DNA of 63,990 bases, counting the filler, from an uncultured bacterium (GTDB lineage: Bacteria; CAYJOG01), in assembly GCA_964371695.1 (NCBI GenBank). It is 5 parts of 5 records of this genome, joined end to end, with 100 filler letters (N's around TTAATTAATTAA, not from the genome) between each part and the next. Parts side by side here need not be neighbours in the genome. Positions count along the whole stretch, not along the records: positions 1 to 14,722 come from CAYJOG010000021.1; 4 more parts are not named here. The stretch is one strand, 5' to 3'. Position 1 is the first letter of the stretch, and each line of letters opens with the position of its first letter. This document shows, one piece after another, positions 1-10,530 of the stretch. The position numbers and the translations under genes are program-made. The notes below the pieces were generated by a model. That model ran no database searches, was not told the origin of the DNA, and was given only the letters and a program-made list of their open reading frames with translations.

Positions 1-2
1 GC

Positions 3-281
3 ATTGGCCCGCTTTATTTTTATGGTCTTGAGATTTCGCCCGATGGGTTCACCGGCGAGGTGGACCTGCAGGACCCCCAGAAAGGGTCGCTGGGTGTCTT
101 TGAACTGGAAATCAGCAAGCTCCGGTTTTCGTTCAAAAAGTCAAAAGCTGAGGTGAAGGCAGAGGGCGTGCTGGTGATCAAAACCGGCGAGCGAAGCGTG
201 GACATGCGCCTGCCGCTGGTTTTTGAAACCCAGCCCGGCGGCGGTGTGCGCATGAGCGGAGGTTCCACCAGCGGTGAATAA
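3..281 (+). CDS. 3' end of a beta-strand-rich hypothetical protein (partial, runs off the window start)
   Basis: Frame 3 is open from base 3 (IGPLYFYGLEISPDGFTGEVDLQ...). Alternating hydrophobic pattern resembles the downstream giant protein. The stop overlaps the next GTG start. Confidence 0.7.
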   Translation: MGPLYFYGLEISPDGFTGEVDLQDPQKGSLGVFELEISKLRFSFKKSKAEVKAEGVLVIKTGERSVDMRLPLVFETQPGGGVRMSGGSTSGE

Positions 282-3200
282 GTCCTTGTTCCGAAAGACA
301 TTTGTATTTTTGCGGCCGGGTCTGCTGGCCGTGTTGGTGCTGTGCGCCGCTGCGCCTGCAAGAGCGGTGGAAAACCAGAACACCATCCTGGGTTTCCCCG
401 TCAACTTCACCGGCTACGAGGCCACCACCACGGCAGACGGTTTGTCGGTGAAAGCCGCTGGCGCGGTGGATCTTTCCGCCGCGCTGGGCGAGGGCGCTCT
501 GCTCAAGGCAGGCTCCATTGAAATTGACCCCAAGGGCAACGTGACGCTGAAGGAAATGACCCTGCCAAGCTTCAAGCTGGGCCCCTTTGAAGGCAAGCTG
601 GCCGCCGAAAAACTGGTGGTGGATCACGCCGCCACACTCAAGGAACCCTTTCTGCTGGACGTGACCCTTGGTGTGAACCTGAACAGTCAGACGCTCATGG
701 CCACTGCCCGGCTGCCCATCACCGCCAATGGTCTGGCCGATGGCGAAGTGACTTTTTCTCCCCCCAGCGGGCAGGAGAATTTCCTCAGTCTTTCGGAAGG
801 GGATGTGTCGCTGGTGGTGAACGGGGGCCGCTTGACGGTGGTGGGCGGCAAGGTGACAAAAGCCACGTTCACGGGTGGCCTGAAAGCCTTGGGGTCTGAG
901 TTGTCGGTGCAGGAACTGACCCTGTCGGGTGGCCGCCTTTCGGGCCACGCCGAGGGGCAGTTTGATCTGGATCAGGTGGCGCTTGCGCTGCCCCAGGGGC
1001 TTGATTTTGGTGTGAGCCAGACGGGGGAGATTTCCGTCTCGGCCCCGTCCGCCGAATTCGATTTCTCTGGCGTGCTGGCGGACGTGGGCAAACTTTCCAT
1101 CAACAACCTGTCTTTTCAAAAAGGCGTGCTCAACGCCGAGGCGTCGCTGGAAAAATCACTTTTGCTGGAGGGTGTCTCGCTGTCTCTGGCCAAGGTCAAG
1201 GTGACCGGCAGCCAGCAAGGCGTGACAGCCACGTTCGAAGGCTCCCTGGGCCTGGAGGGTCTGGATCTGAAGGCGGACTTCACCGGTTTCACCGTGGATT
1301 CCAAAGGCAACGTGGCGGGGGAGATTTCCTTTGACCCACCGGTGTCGCTGGATGTTTCCGGCCTAGTGGTGTCGGTGGAAAAAGCCACTTTCACCAAAAA
1401 GGAAAAAAGTCTCGTCGCGGCCCTGTCGGGCAAGCTCACCATTGGCGAGGACACCATCAAGGTCACCCACCTGGGGGTAAAAAACAAAAAACCCTGGGTC
1501 ACCCTGGGGGTGTCCGAGCAGGAGCCGTTCGCCTTCAAGTGGCTGCCCTACCTCAAGCTCACCCAACTGAACGTTGAAGACGACATGCTCACCCTGGGCG
1601 GGGCCATTGACCTGCCCGATCCGGTCAAATACACGTTTTCCTTCAAGGACACGAAGATTGACCTGAAGAACAAAAAACCCACGTTTTCAGAAAAGCTGGA
1701 AAAACGCGCCAAGGCCCTGTTCAAAACCAACACACAGAACATGGTGATGTTCGAGAACACCAACACCGAAAAAATGAAGCTGGGGCCGCTGCAGGTGGGG
1801 CTGGACGCCGTCTCCATTCCCAACCCCTTCGCCACCCAGCAAAAGGCGCTTTCCAGCGACACCATCCTGGAAATATTCACCTCTGCCCATGTGACCCTGG
1901 GCAAAACCACCCTTGATTTCAACGTGGATGGCCTAGCCTTCAGTAAGGAAGGACTCAAGGACATCACGGTGGAGGTTACACCCGCCAAGGGCCTGCTGGC
2001 CGATCTTTCCCTCGATGGCATTGGCAGCCTCAAACTCCCCTCGGCCAAGGTGTTTGTGAAGAGCAAAAAGGTGACGGGGGTGAGCTTCCCTCGCGCCAAA
2101 ATCAAGGTGGACGTCCCTGACCTGGACCTGGAGTTCGCCTCTCTTTCCGTGTTGATGGATGGCAACCTGTTCGGCTACATACCTTTTCCCAAATTGAAGG
2201 AAATTGACTTGCCGGGGTTTGGCCTGTCGCTCAAGGGCATTGAACTAAAGGGTCTGAGCACGGGTTTCTCATTGGACTTTGAGGGCAAACTCAAGTTCGG
2301 GATCGACTGGGTTCCTATCAAGCGTTTCAGGATCAGCAGCCTGGGCTGGGACGTGGAGCTGGACGTGTCGGTTCAAAACCCTTTCAAACTCAGTTGGCTG
2401 CCCTATATCAAGTTCAGCCAGCTCAAGCTGAGCAAAACCAGTTTCACGCTGGGCGGCGGGCTGGACCTGCCAGACCTGGGGAATTTCAAGTTCAGTTTTA
2501 GTGACGTTCGTATTAACCTGGAAAAACCCGATCTGCCGGTGGTGTTCATCAATACCGACGCCAAGTTCATGACCTGGCAGGGGTTGTCCATCCGTGTGGG
2601 TTCCATCACGCTGCCCAATCCCCTTGGCCTGGGCAAACTGCCCAAGACGCCGGAGGTGGTGCTGGGGCTGTCGCTTTCCAGCAGCCTTGATCTTTTGGGC
2701 AAAAAGATTGCGTTCAACATCGAGGGCCTCAACTTCACCAAGGATGGCCTGAAGGATTTGTCCATTGACATTCTGCCCGCAGGTGTGTCATCTGGCGGCA
2801 GCCTGTTCAAGGAAAAACTGCTGGACTGGGCCGAAGTGAAACTTGCCTCGGCCCAAATCTCCATCAAAAAGAAAAAACTCGAAAGCCTCAGTTTCAGCGG
2901 GCTGCTCACCGTGGATGGCCTGGTGTTTGGAATCAAAAAACTCACCATCGCAGGAGAGGGATTCAAGGGAGATTTGACCCTGCCCAAAGATCCCAAGTTC
3001 TCCCTCGGCTCGCTCAGTCTTGTCCTGAGCAAGGAAGTTTCATTTGAGATCGGGAAGAAGGACAAGGGAGATTTCAAAATCACCCTCAAAAAGGTGACGC
3101 TGGACGCCACCGCCCTGCTGGGTGAAAAAGCCAAGCTGACGCTGGACACGCTCACGTACAGCAAGGGCGCAATGGCCGCCGAAAGCAGCACGGGTTTTGA

Positions 3201-6200
3201 ATTCGGGGTGGGGCCGTTCTCGCTCAAGGTCAGCAAGTTCAGCGTAAAAAGCGATCTGCCAAAAAGTGGAAACCGGGTGGTGGATGTGACGCTGGACGGC
3301 AACCTCAAACTCTCCACGCTCAGCCTGGACCTCGCCTTTAAGAACTTCAAGATTTCTTCTTCCGGCACCGTGGACGGCAAGTTCTTTTTCGCCACCGCAC
3401 AAAGCTGGAAGATATTCGGCTTCAGCATGGCGCTGGATTCCATCGCCTTTTCCAAAGGCAAGGACAAAGACCCCCTGGTGGTCACGCTGGCGGGCATTTT
3501 CAAGTTTGCCGACAAGGTCACGTTCAAGTTTGACAACCTGAAATTCGAGAACGGCAAACCGGTGCTGGAGAAAGAGTTCACCTATCCGCTCACGGTGGAT
3601 GTGAAACTGCTCAAGCTCTCGGTGAGCAAAGTGGTGCTCTCGGCGGGCGAGATCAAGCTCACCGGCAAGGCCAAAATTCCCGTGATCAACGTGGAGCTTT
3701 CGGCCAAGGATTTCGCCTTTAATTCTTCGGGCACGCCCACCGGCGGTTCGGTGCAGCTCGACAAACCTGTGTCCTTCACCGTGGCCAAGTTCGGCATCGC
3801 CATCAAAAAGGCCAGCATTGACATCACCAACAAGGTGTTTGTGTGGGACGCCGACATTGAGCTTTTCGGCACAAAAATTCCCCTCAAGGACCTGCGCATT
3901 TCCCTGGGCAGCAGCCCCGCCCACGACCTCACCAAAAAAACTTCCACCAAACCCTCCTCGCTCAAGATCGACCTCATCGGCCTGTCCATCACACCCACGT
4001 CCATGGACTTTGGCGTGAAGAACCTCAAGTTTTATTTCGCCTTCTCCGGCAAGATCAAAATCCTCACCTCCGAGCTGGACTTCACCAATCTCAGGATTTA
4101 CCAGGACTACACCTTCACCGTGGACGAAGTGAAGGGCAAAATCGGTCTTGCTCCGTTTGTGGTGAACATCAAGAGCGCCAGCTTTGGCGAGGACTTCCTC
4201 AAGTTCACCGGCGACATGGACATCCCCATGGTGGGCACAGCCTCGGTGAGCAACCTGAAGGTGTCCAAAACCGGCGTGTTTCTTGAAAGCGCCACGGTGA
4301 TTGTAGAAAAACCCGGTTTTTCCTATGACATGACGTTGTCGTGGAAGGACAGCAAATTCACCGGCAGCGGCAAGCTCACCATTCTGAAGACCTCCTTCAA
4401 CCTGTCGGTGCTGATAGAGACAACGAAGCTCACCCTCACCATCACCGGCGAGCCCAAACTGCAATTGGGAGTGGGACTGTCGCTCAGCAAGATCAAGGGA
4501 ACCCTGGTGCAGAAGTTTAAAACCGAAATGCCCGACATCGCTTTGTCCGGCAAGGTGGTGTATCTGGACGAAAAATTCATGCGGGCCGACGTGAGCATGA
4601 AAATGGATGGCAAAACGGATTATTCAATCAGCGGCGAAGTAACGGTGCTGGACACGCTGAAAATCGCCAAAATGAAAATCGAGGGCAATATTTCCAAAGG
4701 CACGTTTCTGGCGTCGGGCAACCTCAACGTGACCATTCTGGATCTGGTGGGCCTGAACGTGGACATCGCCCTGGGCAGCACCGACAAAACCGTGCCCAGC
4801 GAAACCAAACTCAAGGAACCCAAAAAGTGCGAGCCCAGCACCAAGATTTTCAGCAAAAACCCCTACTTCAACTGCTCGCTCAAAAAGCTTGAGGACAACT
4901 CCCACAAACAGTATCGCCGCGATTACAACAAGGAGCTTTCGGCCCTTGAGTCGGAACTGGGTCCCAAGTGGAAAGACGACATGCGCAAGCACTGGAGCAC
5001 CAAAAAAATGTGCGAGACGGCGTTCAAGGATGAGGATGCCTCGCAGATTTATCAATGCGCCCTGGTCTACATCTGGGGGATGGAGCAGGGTGTCCGAGCC
5101 TCCAATGCCTGGCTCAAGGCCTTTGGCAAGGCTTTTAATTTCCTCAAGACAAACAAGCCCGAAAAAGTGGGCGAAAAAGTCACCCTGAAATGCGACTCCT
5201 CAAAAAACTGTTACAACCCCGCCGAATATGAAGCACGCCGCTGGATGGATATGGCCCTCAGCGCCTGCGTGGATGGCCCAAAAAGCTCCAACAGCACCAC
5301 CAGGGAAAATCTGAAAAACCTGTTGCAGCACTTTGACGACTGTGATTCCTGGAGCAAACCCGCGTGGTGCGATTACGACTATAAGGCAAAATATAACCTC
5401 TCGTGGGAGTATCGGGATAATGAAAGGGCTGCGGAAAACCCTGGATCCGTTTGCTACGTTCTGTTTCCTTACACAACCGGATCTCCCATAACCGCTGCGA
5501 GGGCGTTAAACCCCTATGACTACAAAAAGGGCGATTTCACCAACACCGAAAGCCAGATGAAAACCAAATACGCGGGCTTCCGCAAAAAAACCTTCACAGA
5601 CAAGGATGTCTATCTCTCCTGCGACAAGGAGGGCAACAACTGTGTCTCTGACGAGGAGATTTACAAAATCCCGAAGATTGACAAAAACGGCGACCTGCCC
5701 AGCGGAGAAACCTGGGAAAAAGTCGAAAACCGGGCGGCCATTCTGGCGGTGCAGTTCATGGATGTCTGTGAAAACTACACCAGCGAATGGGTGGACAACG
5801 GTTATCTGGTCAGCCAGGATTTCTGCACCAAATACCGGCGGAGTATCAATGACGCTGCAAGCGCTCTGGATATGTTTTCCGGGTCTGGGGGGAGCGACCC
5901 GTCCTGGGGTGGCGGCGGCGGGGGAAAGAAATCTGGCACGGTGGTGCTTGACACATGGCTGGCCCACGAACTCATCAACTGGGATATGCGCTACAACATG
6001 AGTTATGGCGGCCATTCGGTGATGGATTATTTCAAGGCCATCTCCTATGGCTTTGACCAATCCACCGGCAAGTTTCCGGGGCGGCTTGAGAATAAAAACT
6101 GGTTGGGGAGTTATTACTGGGTGCTGGGGGCGCTGGACCTGGGCAAACGCAAAGGCGAGACCGATTATGACAGTTATCTGGCCTATTTCTTTGGCGGCGA

Positions 6201-6729
6201 TCCGGGCCGCAGCGAGGCCTCCAGCACTCCTTTGAGGGACAAGGATTTCGTCACCAAGTTTGAGGCCAGCGGCACGGTGAAACTCATGGGCCAGGAGTTT
6301 TCGGTGAAGGTGGTGGAGAACGACAAAAAGCTCAAGTTCAACGCCAACAAGGAGTTTGACCTGAGTATTGTGGAAGGCTCCCTGAACGTGGACGGCGCAC
6401 TGGGCGTGGGCACATTCGACGCCGAAGTGGCCGCCAAGCTGGAGGCCGATATCCCCCTGGTGGGTGAAGGCGCGCTGGCGGGCAAGGCCAGCATTTCCAC
6501 CAAAACAGCAGGCGCGGTGAAGGCCAAGGTCAAACTGAACGGCTGCATGAAAATCACTGCCCTTGAAGTGGTGGGGGCGGTGGTGAATGCCGTCTCAAGC
6601 TGGTTTGGCGGCCCCAGTGAGGTGGTGCCCAAGAAAATCTGCAAGAAGTTCGATGCCAATGTGAAAATTTCCAAGGATGGCATGGACTTCCCCAGCATCA
6701 AGGACACCATCAAGAGCATTTTTAAATAA
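274..6729 (+). CDS. giant secreted beta-repeat protein (2151 aa) with an inserted Cys-rich domain
   Basis: Long ORF with a signal peptide (..LLAVLVLCAAAPARA). Lys-rich amphipathic beta strands, an internal duplication (WLPY..GG.DLPD; PNP; GL.F.K.GLKD), and a Cys-rich segment at ~4783-6246. Confidence 0.85.
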   Translation: MNKSLFRKTFVFLRPGLLAVLVLCAAAPARAVENQNTILGFPVNFTGYEATTTADGLSVKAAGAVDLSAALGEGALLKAGSIEIDPKGNVTLKEMTLPSFKLGPFEGKLAAEKLVVDHAATLKEPFLLDVTLGVNLNSQTLMATARLPITANGLADGEVTFSPPSGQENFLSLSEGDVSLVVNGGRLTVVGGKVTKATFTGGLKALGSELSVQELTLSGGRLSGHAEGQFDLDQVALALPQGLDFGVSQTGEISVSAPSAEFDFSGVLADVGKLSINNLSFQKGVLNAEASLEKSLLLEGVSLSLAKVKVTGSQQGVTATFEGSLGLEGLDLKADFTGFTVDSKGNVAGEISFDPPVSLDVSGLVVSVEKATFTKKEKSLVAALSGKLTIGEDTIKVTHLGVKNKKPWVTLGVSEQEPFAFKWLPYLKLTQLNVEDDMLTLGGAIDLPDPVKYTFSFKDTKIDLKNKKPTFSEKLEKRAKALFKTNTQNMVMFENTNTEKMKLGPLQVGLDAVSIPNPFATQQKALSSDTILEIFTSAHVTLGKTTLDFNVDGLAFSKEGLKDITVEVTPAKGLLADLSLDGIGSLKLPSAKVFVKSKKVTGVSFPRAKIKVDVPDLDLEFASLSVLMDGNLFGYIPFPKLKEIDLPGFGLSLKGIELKGLSTGFSLDFEGKLKFGIDWVPIKRFRISSLGWDVELDVSVQNPFKLSWLPYIKFSQLKLSKTSFTLGGGLDLPDLGNFKFSFSDVRINLEKPDLPVVFINTDAKFMTWQGLSIRVGSITLPNPLGLGKLPKTPEVVLGLSLSSSLDLLGKKIAFNIEGLNFTKDGLKDLSIDILPAGVSSGGSLFKEKLLDWAEVKLASAQISIKKKKLESLSFSGLLTVDGLVFGIKKLTIAGEGFKGDLTLPKDPKFSLGSLSLVLSKEVSFEIGKKDKGDFKITLKKVTLDATALLGEKAKLTLDTLTYSKGAMAAESSTGFEFGVGPFSLKVSKFSVKSDLPKSGNRVVDVTLDGNLKLSTLSLDLAFKNFKISSSGTVDGKFFFATAQSWKIFGFSMALDSIAFSKGKDKDPLVVTLAGIFKFADKVTFKFDNLKFENGKPVLEKEFTYPLTVDVKLLKLSVSKVVLSAGEIKLTGKAKIPVINVELSAKDFAFNSSGTPTGGSVQLDKPVSFTVAKFGIAIKKASIDITNKVFVWDADIELFGTKIPLKDLRISLGSSPAHDLTKKTSTKPSSLKIDLIGLSITPTSMDFGVKNLKFYFAFSGKIKILTSELDFTNLRIYQDYTFTVDEVKGKIGLAPFVVNIKSASFGEDFLKFTGDMDIPMVGTASVSNLKVSKTGVFLESATVIVEKPGFSYDMTLSWKDSKFTGSGKLTILKTSFNLSVLIETTKLTLTITGEPKLQLGVGLSLSKIKGTLVQKFKTEMPDIALSGKVVYLDEKFMRADVSMKMDGKTDYSISGEVTVLDTLKIAKMKIEGNISKGTFLASGNLNVTILDLVGLNVDIALGSTDKTVPSETKLKEPKKCEPSTKIFSKNPYFNCSLKKLEDNSHKQYRRDYNKELSALESELGPKWKDDMRKHWSTKKMCETAFKDEDASQIYQCALVYIWGMEQGVRASNAWLKAFGKAFNFLKTNKPEKVGEKVTLKCDSSKNCYNPAEYEARRWMDMALSACVDGPKSSNSTTRENLKNLLQHFDDCDSWSKPAWCDYDYKAKYNLSWEYRDNERAAENPGSVCYVLFPYTTGSPITAARALNPYDYKKGDFTNTESQMKTKYAGFRKKTFTDKDVYLSCDKEGNNCVSDEEIYKIPKIDKNGDLPSGETWEKVENRAAILAVQFMDVCENYTSEWVDNGYLVSQDFCTKYRRSINDAASALDMFSGSGGSDPSWGGGGGGKKSGTVVLDTWLAHELINWDMRYNMSYGGHSVMDYFKAISYGFDQSTGKFPGRLENKNWLGSYYWVLGALDLGKRKGETDYDSYLAYFFGGDPGRSEASSTPLRDKDFVTKFEASGTVKLMGQEFSVKVVENDKKLKFNANKEFDLSIVEGSLNVDGALGVGTFDAEVAAKLEADIPLVGEGALAGKASISTKTAGAVKAKVKLNGCMKITALEVVGAVVNAVSSWFGGPSEVVPKKICKKFDANVKISKDGMDFPSIKDTIKSIFK

Positions 6730-6731
6730 CC

Positions 6732-8885
6732 ATGTCCGTCCAACGCCTCAAAATTGTTTTGACCCTGTTGTCCCTGCTGGGCCTTGCCCTGTGGGGCGGC
6801 CCCCACGCCAGCGCCGTGCCGCCGCCGTTAAAGGTGTCGCGCGTGTCGGCCTTCAGGGGGCAGCCGGCTCACCCGCCGGTGCTGGTGGCGAACAAAACCC
6901 AGGTGTTTGTTTATTTCAGCAAGGCCAACCCCGGTTATGAGGGCTTTGTGGTGTTTCGCGCCCCTGGCAAACAACTGGTGGCCAAAGGCCAGGAAAGCGC
7001 CGCGCTTTCCAGCTCTTTTCAACAAATCACCAGCTTCCCCGTTTTTGCCTCCGTCACCGCCGAAAAACAAAATGCCCTGGGCCGCAGCACACTGCCGCAG
7101 GAGTGGCAAAGCCTGGAGCCCGTGCAGCTCAAAAAATACTGGGACGATTTCCTTTTTCTGGGCATGAGGGCCGATGGCGTGGTTCCCAATTTCCCCGTCA
7201 TGGCCAGCATCGGCGGCAGCCTTTATGTGGACACGCCTCCCGCGTCGGGCCAGACCTACACCTATGTGGTGGGAGTGATGAATCAGCGGGGCGACGTGGA
7301 GGTGTTTCCCGCCCAAACGCTGGAGGCCAAACCCAGCGCCGTGCCGCCGCCGCTGAGTGTGTCGGAATACGCCGATGAAAATGAAGGCGGCGTGATGGTG
7401 GCCTTTCCTCGACACGACGCCGTGCTGGGTTATGACGTTTATCGCGCCTTTGCCCGCATGGGGCCTTTTGAGAAACAGAACACCGCGCTTTACACCCGCA
7501 AGGAGTTTGTGCAGAAAAACCTCATCAACGACAAACCCTATTTTTATCAGGTGAAGATGGTGGATATTGCGGGCAACCAAAGCCCGCCCAGCCCGGTGGT
7601 GAAGGTGGTGCCCAGAGATCGCACGCCGCCGTTTCCCGTGCGCGGCGTGCAGGCCAAACTCACGCCCGACAACAAAAAAGCCATCATCACCTGGGAGAAG
7701 AACACCGCCGCCGATCTGAAGGGTTATCTGGTGCTGCGCGAGGACGTGGTGTGGAAGGCCCCTCCCCCCGAAGACGCCAGCGGGTCTGTTCCTGCTCCGG
7801 CTGCGGTGGCCTCAGACGCCCCCCTGCCGGTGCTGAACAAAACGCCGCTCTCGCCCAGCGTGCTCACTTATGTGGACACCACTTTCAGGCAGGGCAAGCG
7901 GTATAACTACTATCTGGTGGCCGTGGACAAAACCGGCAACCGCAGCCTGCGGTCCAGCTTTGGTCATCTGTCTTCACCCGACCTGATTCCCCCCGCGCCG
8001 CCCAAAAAACTGGCGGTCAAAACCAAAAATCGCGAGGGCATCACCCTGGGATGGTTGCCCAACCGGGAAGACGATCTTTTCGGTTACCGTGTTTTCAAGG
8101 GTGCAAATCCCAACGCCATGGCGCCCATCGGCCCCAACGTTGTACGCGCGCCCAAAAACACGTTTACCGACACGCTCATTCACGCCAACGAAATCTATTT
8201 TTACAAAATCATCGCCCTGGATGAGTCGGAAAACAAAAGCAAGCCCAGCGAGGTGATCAAAGTGAAGGCCCCCGACACGCTCTCGCCCTCCATGCCCGCC
8301 GGGCTTTTGGCCAAATCAGGGGATGCCAAGGTTTATCTGCGGTGGGCTGCGGTGAAGGACACCGACCTGAAGGGTTATCGCGTGCTCAATGCCCTGGCCG
8401 AAACCGGCCCCTTTGTGCCCATTGGCAAGGACTTCGGCAAACAGGTCACCACCCACCTGCACAAACCGCTCAAAAACGGCCAGAAGCGCTGGTATGTGGT
8501 GCAGAGTGTGGATTATTCCGGCAACCTGAGCGAGGCCACCGACCCCGCCCTGGCCATGCCCGCCGACACCAAGCCCCCCGTGGCCCCGGCGGCCCCGACC
8601 TTTGTGGTGAGCCAAAGCGTGCTCACCCTCATGGTGGTTCCCAACAAGGAAAAAGACATTGCTGGATACCGGCTATTCCGGGTGGTGGAAATTCCCACCG
8701 GCGTGCCGGAGGAGGTCATCCCTGAGCAGCTCTTTGAGCCGTCCCGGAAGGAAATCAGGATTGAAACCCAGAAGCCCGATGTTCCCCACTGGTATTTTCT
8801 CGTGGCCAGGGACACCTCGGAGAATGAAAGCCGGGACGGTATGAAGGCAGGCCCGGTGCTCATCAAAAGTCAGACGACACCCTGA
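6732..8885 (+). CDS. secreted fibronectin type III repeat protein (717 aa)
   Basis: Signal peptide; about six repeats of W....DL.GY.V.R...Y.Y.V.AVD.SGN.S..S. Confidence 0.85.
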   Translation: MSVQRLKIVLTLLSLLGLALWGGPHASAVPPPLKVSRVSAFRGQPAHPPVLVANKTQVFVYFSKANPGYEGFVVFRAPGKQLVAKGQESAALSSSFQQITSFPVFASVTAEKQNALGRSTLPQEWQSLEPVQLKKYWDDFLFLGMRADGVVPNFPVMASIGGSLYVDTPPASGQTYTYVVGVMNQRGDVEVFPAQTLEAKPSAVPPPLSVSEYADENEGGVMVAFPRHDAVLGYDVYRAFARMGPFEKQNTALYTRKEFVQKNLINDKPYFYQVKMVDIAGNQSPPSPVVKVVPRDRTPPFPVRGVQAKLTPDNKKAIITWEKNTAADLKGYLVLREDVVWKAPPPEDASGSVPAPAAVASDAPLPVLNKTPLSPSVLTYVDTTFRQGKRYNYYLVAVDKTGNRSLRSSFGHLSSPDLIPPAPPKKLAVKTKNREGITLGWLPNREDDLFGYRVFKGANPNAMAPIGPNVVRAPKNTFTDTLIHANEIYFYKIIALDESENKSKPSEVIKVKAPDTLSPSMPAGLLAKSGDAKVYLRWAAVKDTDLKGYRVLNALAETGPFVPIGKDFGKQVTTHLHKPLKNGQKRWYVVQSVDYSGNLSEATDPALAMPADTKPPVAPAAPTFVVSQSVLTLMVVPNKEKDIAGYRLFRVVEIPTGVPEEVIPEQLFEPSRKEIRIETQKPDVPHWYFLVARDTSENESRDGMKAGPVLIKSQTTP

Positions 8886-8889
8886 AAAA

Positions 8890-10524
8890 ATGTGGAGTCT
8901 GCTTGCGCTTTTTCCGGCGATTGGGTTAGCTCTGTCCATGCGGTTGCGGCGGTTGATTTTTGTGTTGGGGATGTTGGCCTGCGGTGGTGGTTTGGGCGCG
9001 CCCGCCGGGGCCGCGTCGGCCAAGGGTGGTTTTTATGGGGCGGTGATGGCCTGGCGCGTCATGGCTCAGTCAGGCGTGGCCTCTGTGGCCGCCTTTGATC
9101 AGTTCATTGACGCCGTGGGCAGCGGCCAGACCGTCAGGGCCGCCACCTTCGTGGGCATTTTTCACGCCTGCGAAAAAGCCAGAGACGCCCACTGCGTTTT
9201 GCTGAACGCGCTGGTGCTGGACGACGAAGGTTATCTCAAACGCGCACTGGACATCGCTGTGCCCGCCCTGGCGCTTCACCCGGATCTGAAACTGGGTGTG
9301 GCCCTGGCCCGCGGGGGGCTGGGGGCCGCCCGCATGGAACAGTCTCCTGAAAACGCCGCTGCCTTGCTAAAGGCCGCCGCCGAGTCCCTGGCCGCGCTGG
9401 GCTATTCCAAAGAAACGGGCGACGCCAGGCTCAATCTGGCCCTGGTGCTTTATCTTCAGGACGACTTCAGGGGAGGCGACGCCTGGATGGCCAAAGGCAA
9501 GGCGGCCTATGCCAGAGCGGGTGTGCCGGTGCCCTCGCGTTATGACGAAATGGCGGCGAAAAGCCGTGCCCGGCAAAAGGATTACAAGGCCGCCCTGACG
9601 CTGATGCAGCAGGCCACCGCCAAGGCCGCGAAAGAAGGCGACCTGTCGGCACGGGTGCGCACAATGGGGGCCAGCGCGGGTCTTTTGGGTCAGCTCAAGC
9701 GCTCCGCCGAGGGCATTCGCCTGCTGGATCAGGCCATTACACTGCTGAAGTCCCAGGGGCGCAGCGGCAGAGAGAATATGGCGGCGCTGCTGGAAAACCG
9801 CGCCCAGCTTCTGGCCCAGGCCAAGCGATATGCCGAGGCCCGGCGCGATTTTTTGTCGGCACATCAGGCCTATGCCGCCGCCGGAAAAAACAGCGACGCC
9901 CTGGGTGCGTTTCGCGCCGCCGCCTCGGTCACCTATGCGCTGCAGGGGGCCGGGGCCGCCTTGCCCATGTTCCAGAAGTTGATAACGCTGGACCCCAAAG
10001 GGGCAGGAGAAGCCCACGCGGTGCGCACAAAGTTGGCCGAGGGATTGGCGGAATCGGGACGTTGCAAAGAGGCCATGCCCCATCTCGAAAAGGCCAAAAA
10101 ACTTTCGGAGAAGGACAAGGATGGCGACGTGTTTTCTATCCTTTTGCAAAAAGTGGTCCATGGCCGGTGCCTGCGCGCCCTGGGCCGGTCCAAGGAGGCC
10201 ACGGAGGAATTCAACGGTGTGCTGCAGGTGTCCACTCTGCTGGGACTCCATGAGTTCACGGCGCTTGTCAAAAAATACGGCAAGGGCCTGAAGCTGAATG
10301 CCGAGAACCCTCTGTCGGCGCTGAGCAAACAGCTTTCCGCGTTGCAGGAGTTGAGCAAAAAGCCCGCTGCGGCGCAACCGCCGCTGAGCGCCAGTCCGTT
10401 GCTCTCCCCCAGTCAGGCGGTGTCCGGCAGTCCGCTGCTTTCGGTTTCGCAGACGGCCAGCCCGGCGGATGGTGATTCATCCGGTAGCGTTCAGGGCGCA
10501 GAAGACAGTGTTGAAATTCCATGA
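8890..10524 (+). CDS. secreted TPR-like helical repeat protein with a low-complexity tail
   Basis: N-terminal hydrophobic segment, Ala/Leu-rich TPR-like helices, and SPLLS repeats at the C-terminus. The start may be at 8938. Confidence 0.75.
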   Translation: MWSLLALFPAIGLALSMRLRRLIFVLGMLACGGGLGAPAGAASAKGGFYGAVMAWRVMAQSGVASVAAFDQFIDAVGSGQTVRAATFVGIFHACEKARDAHCVLLNALVLDDEGYLKRALDIAVPALALHPDLKLGVALARGGLGAARMEQSPENAAALLKAAAESLAALGYSKETGDARLNLALVLYLQDDFRGGDAWMAKGKAAYARAGVPVPSRYDEMAAKSRARQKDYKAALTLMQQATAKAAKEGDLSARVRTMGASAGLLGQLKRSAEGIRLLDQAITLLKSQGRSGRENMAALLENRAQLLAQAKRYAEARRDFLSAHQAYAAAGKNSDALGAFRAAASVTYALQGAGAALPMFQKLITLDPKGAGEAHAVRTKLAEGLAESGRCKEAMPHLEKAKKLSEKDKDGDVFSILLQKVVHGRCLRALGRSKEATEEFNGVLQVSTLLGLHEFTALVKKYGKGLKLNAENPLSALSKQLSALQELSKKPAAAQPPLSASPLLSPSQAVSGSPLLSVSQTASPADGDSSGSVQGAEDSVEIP

Positions 10525-10530
10525 CACGCC

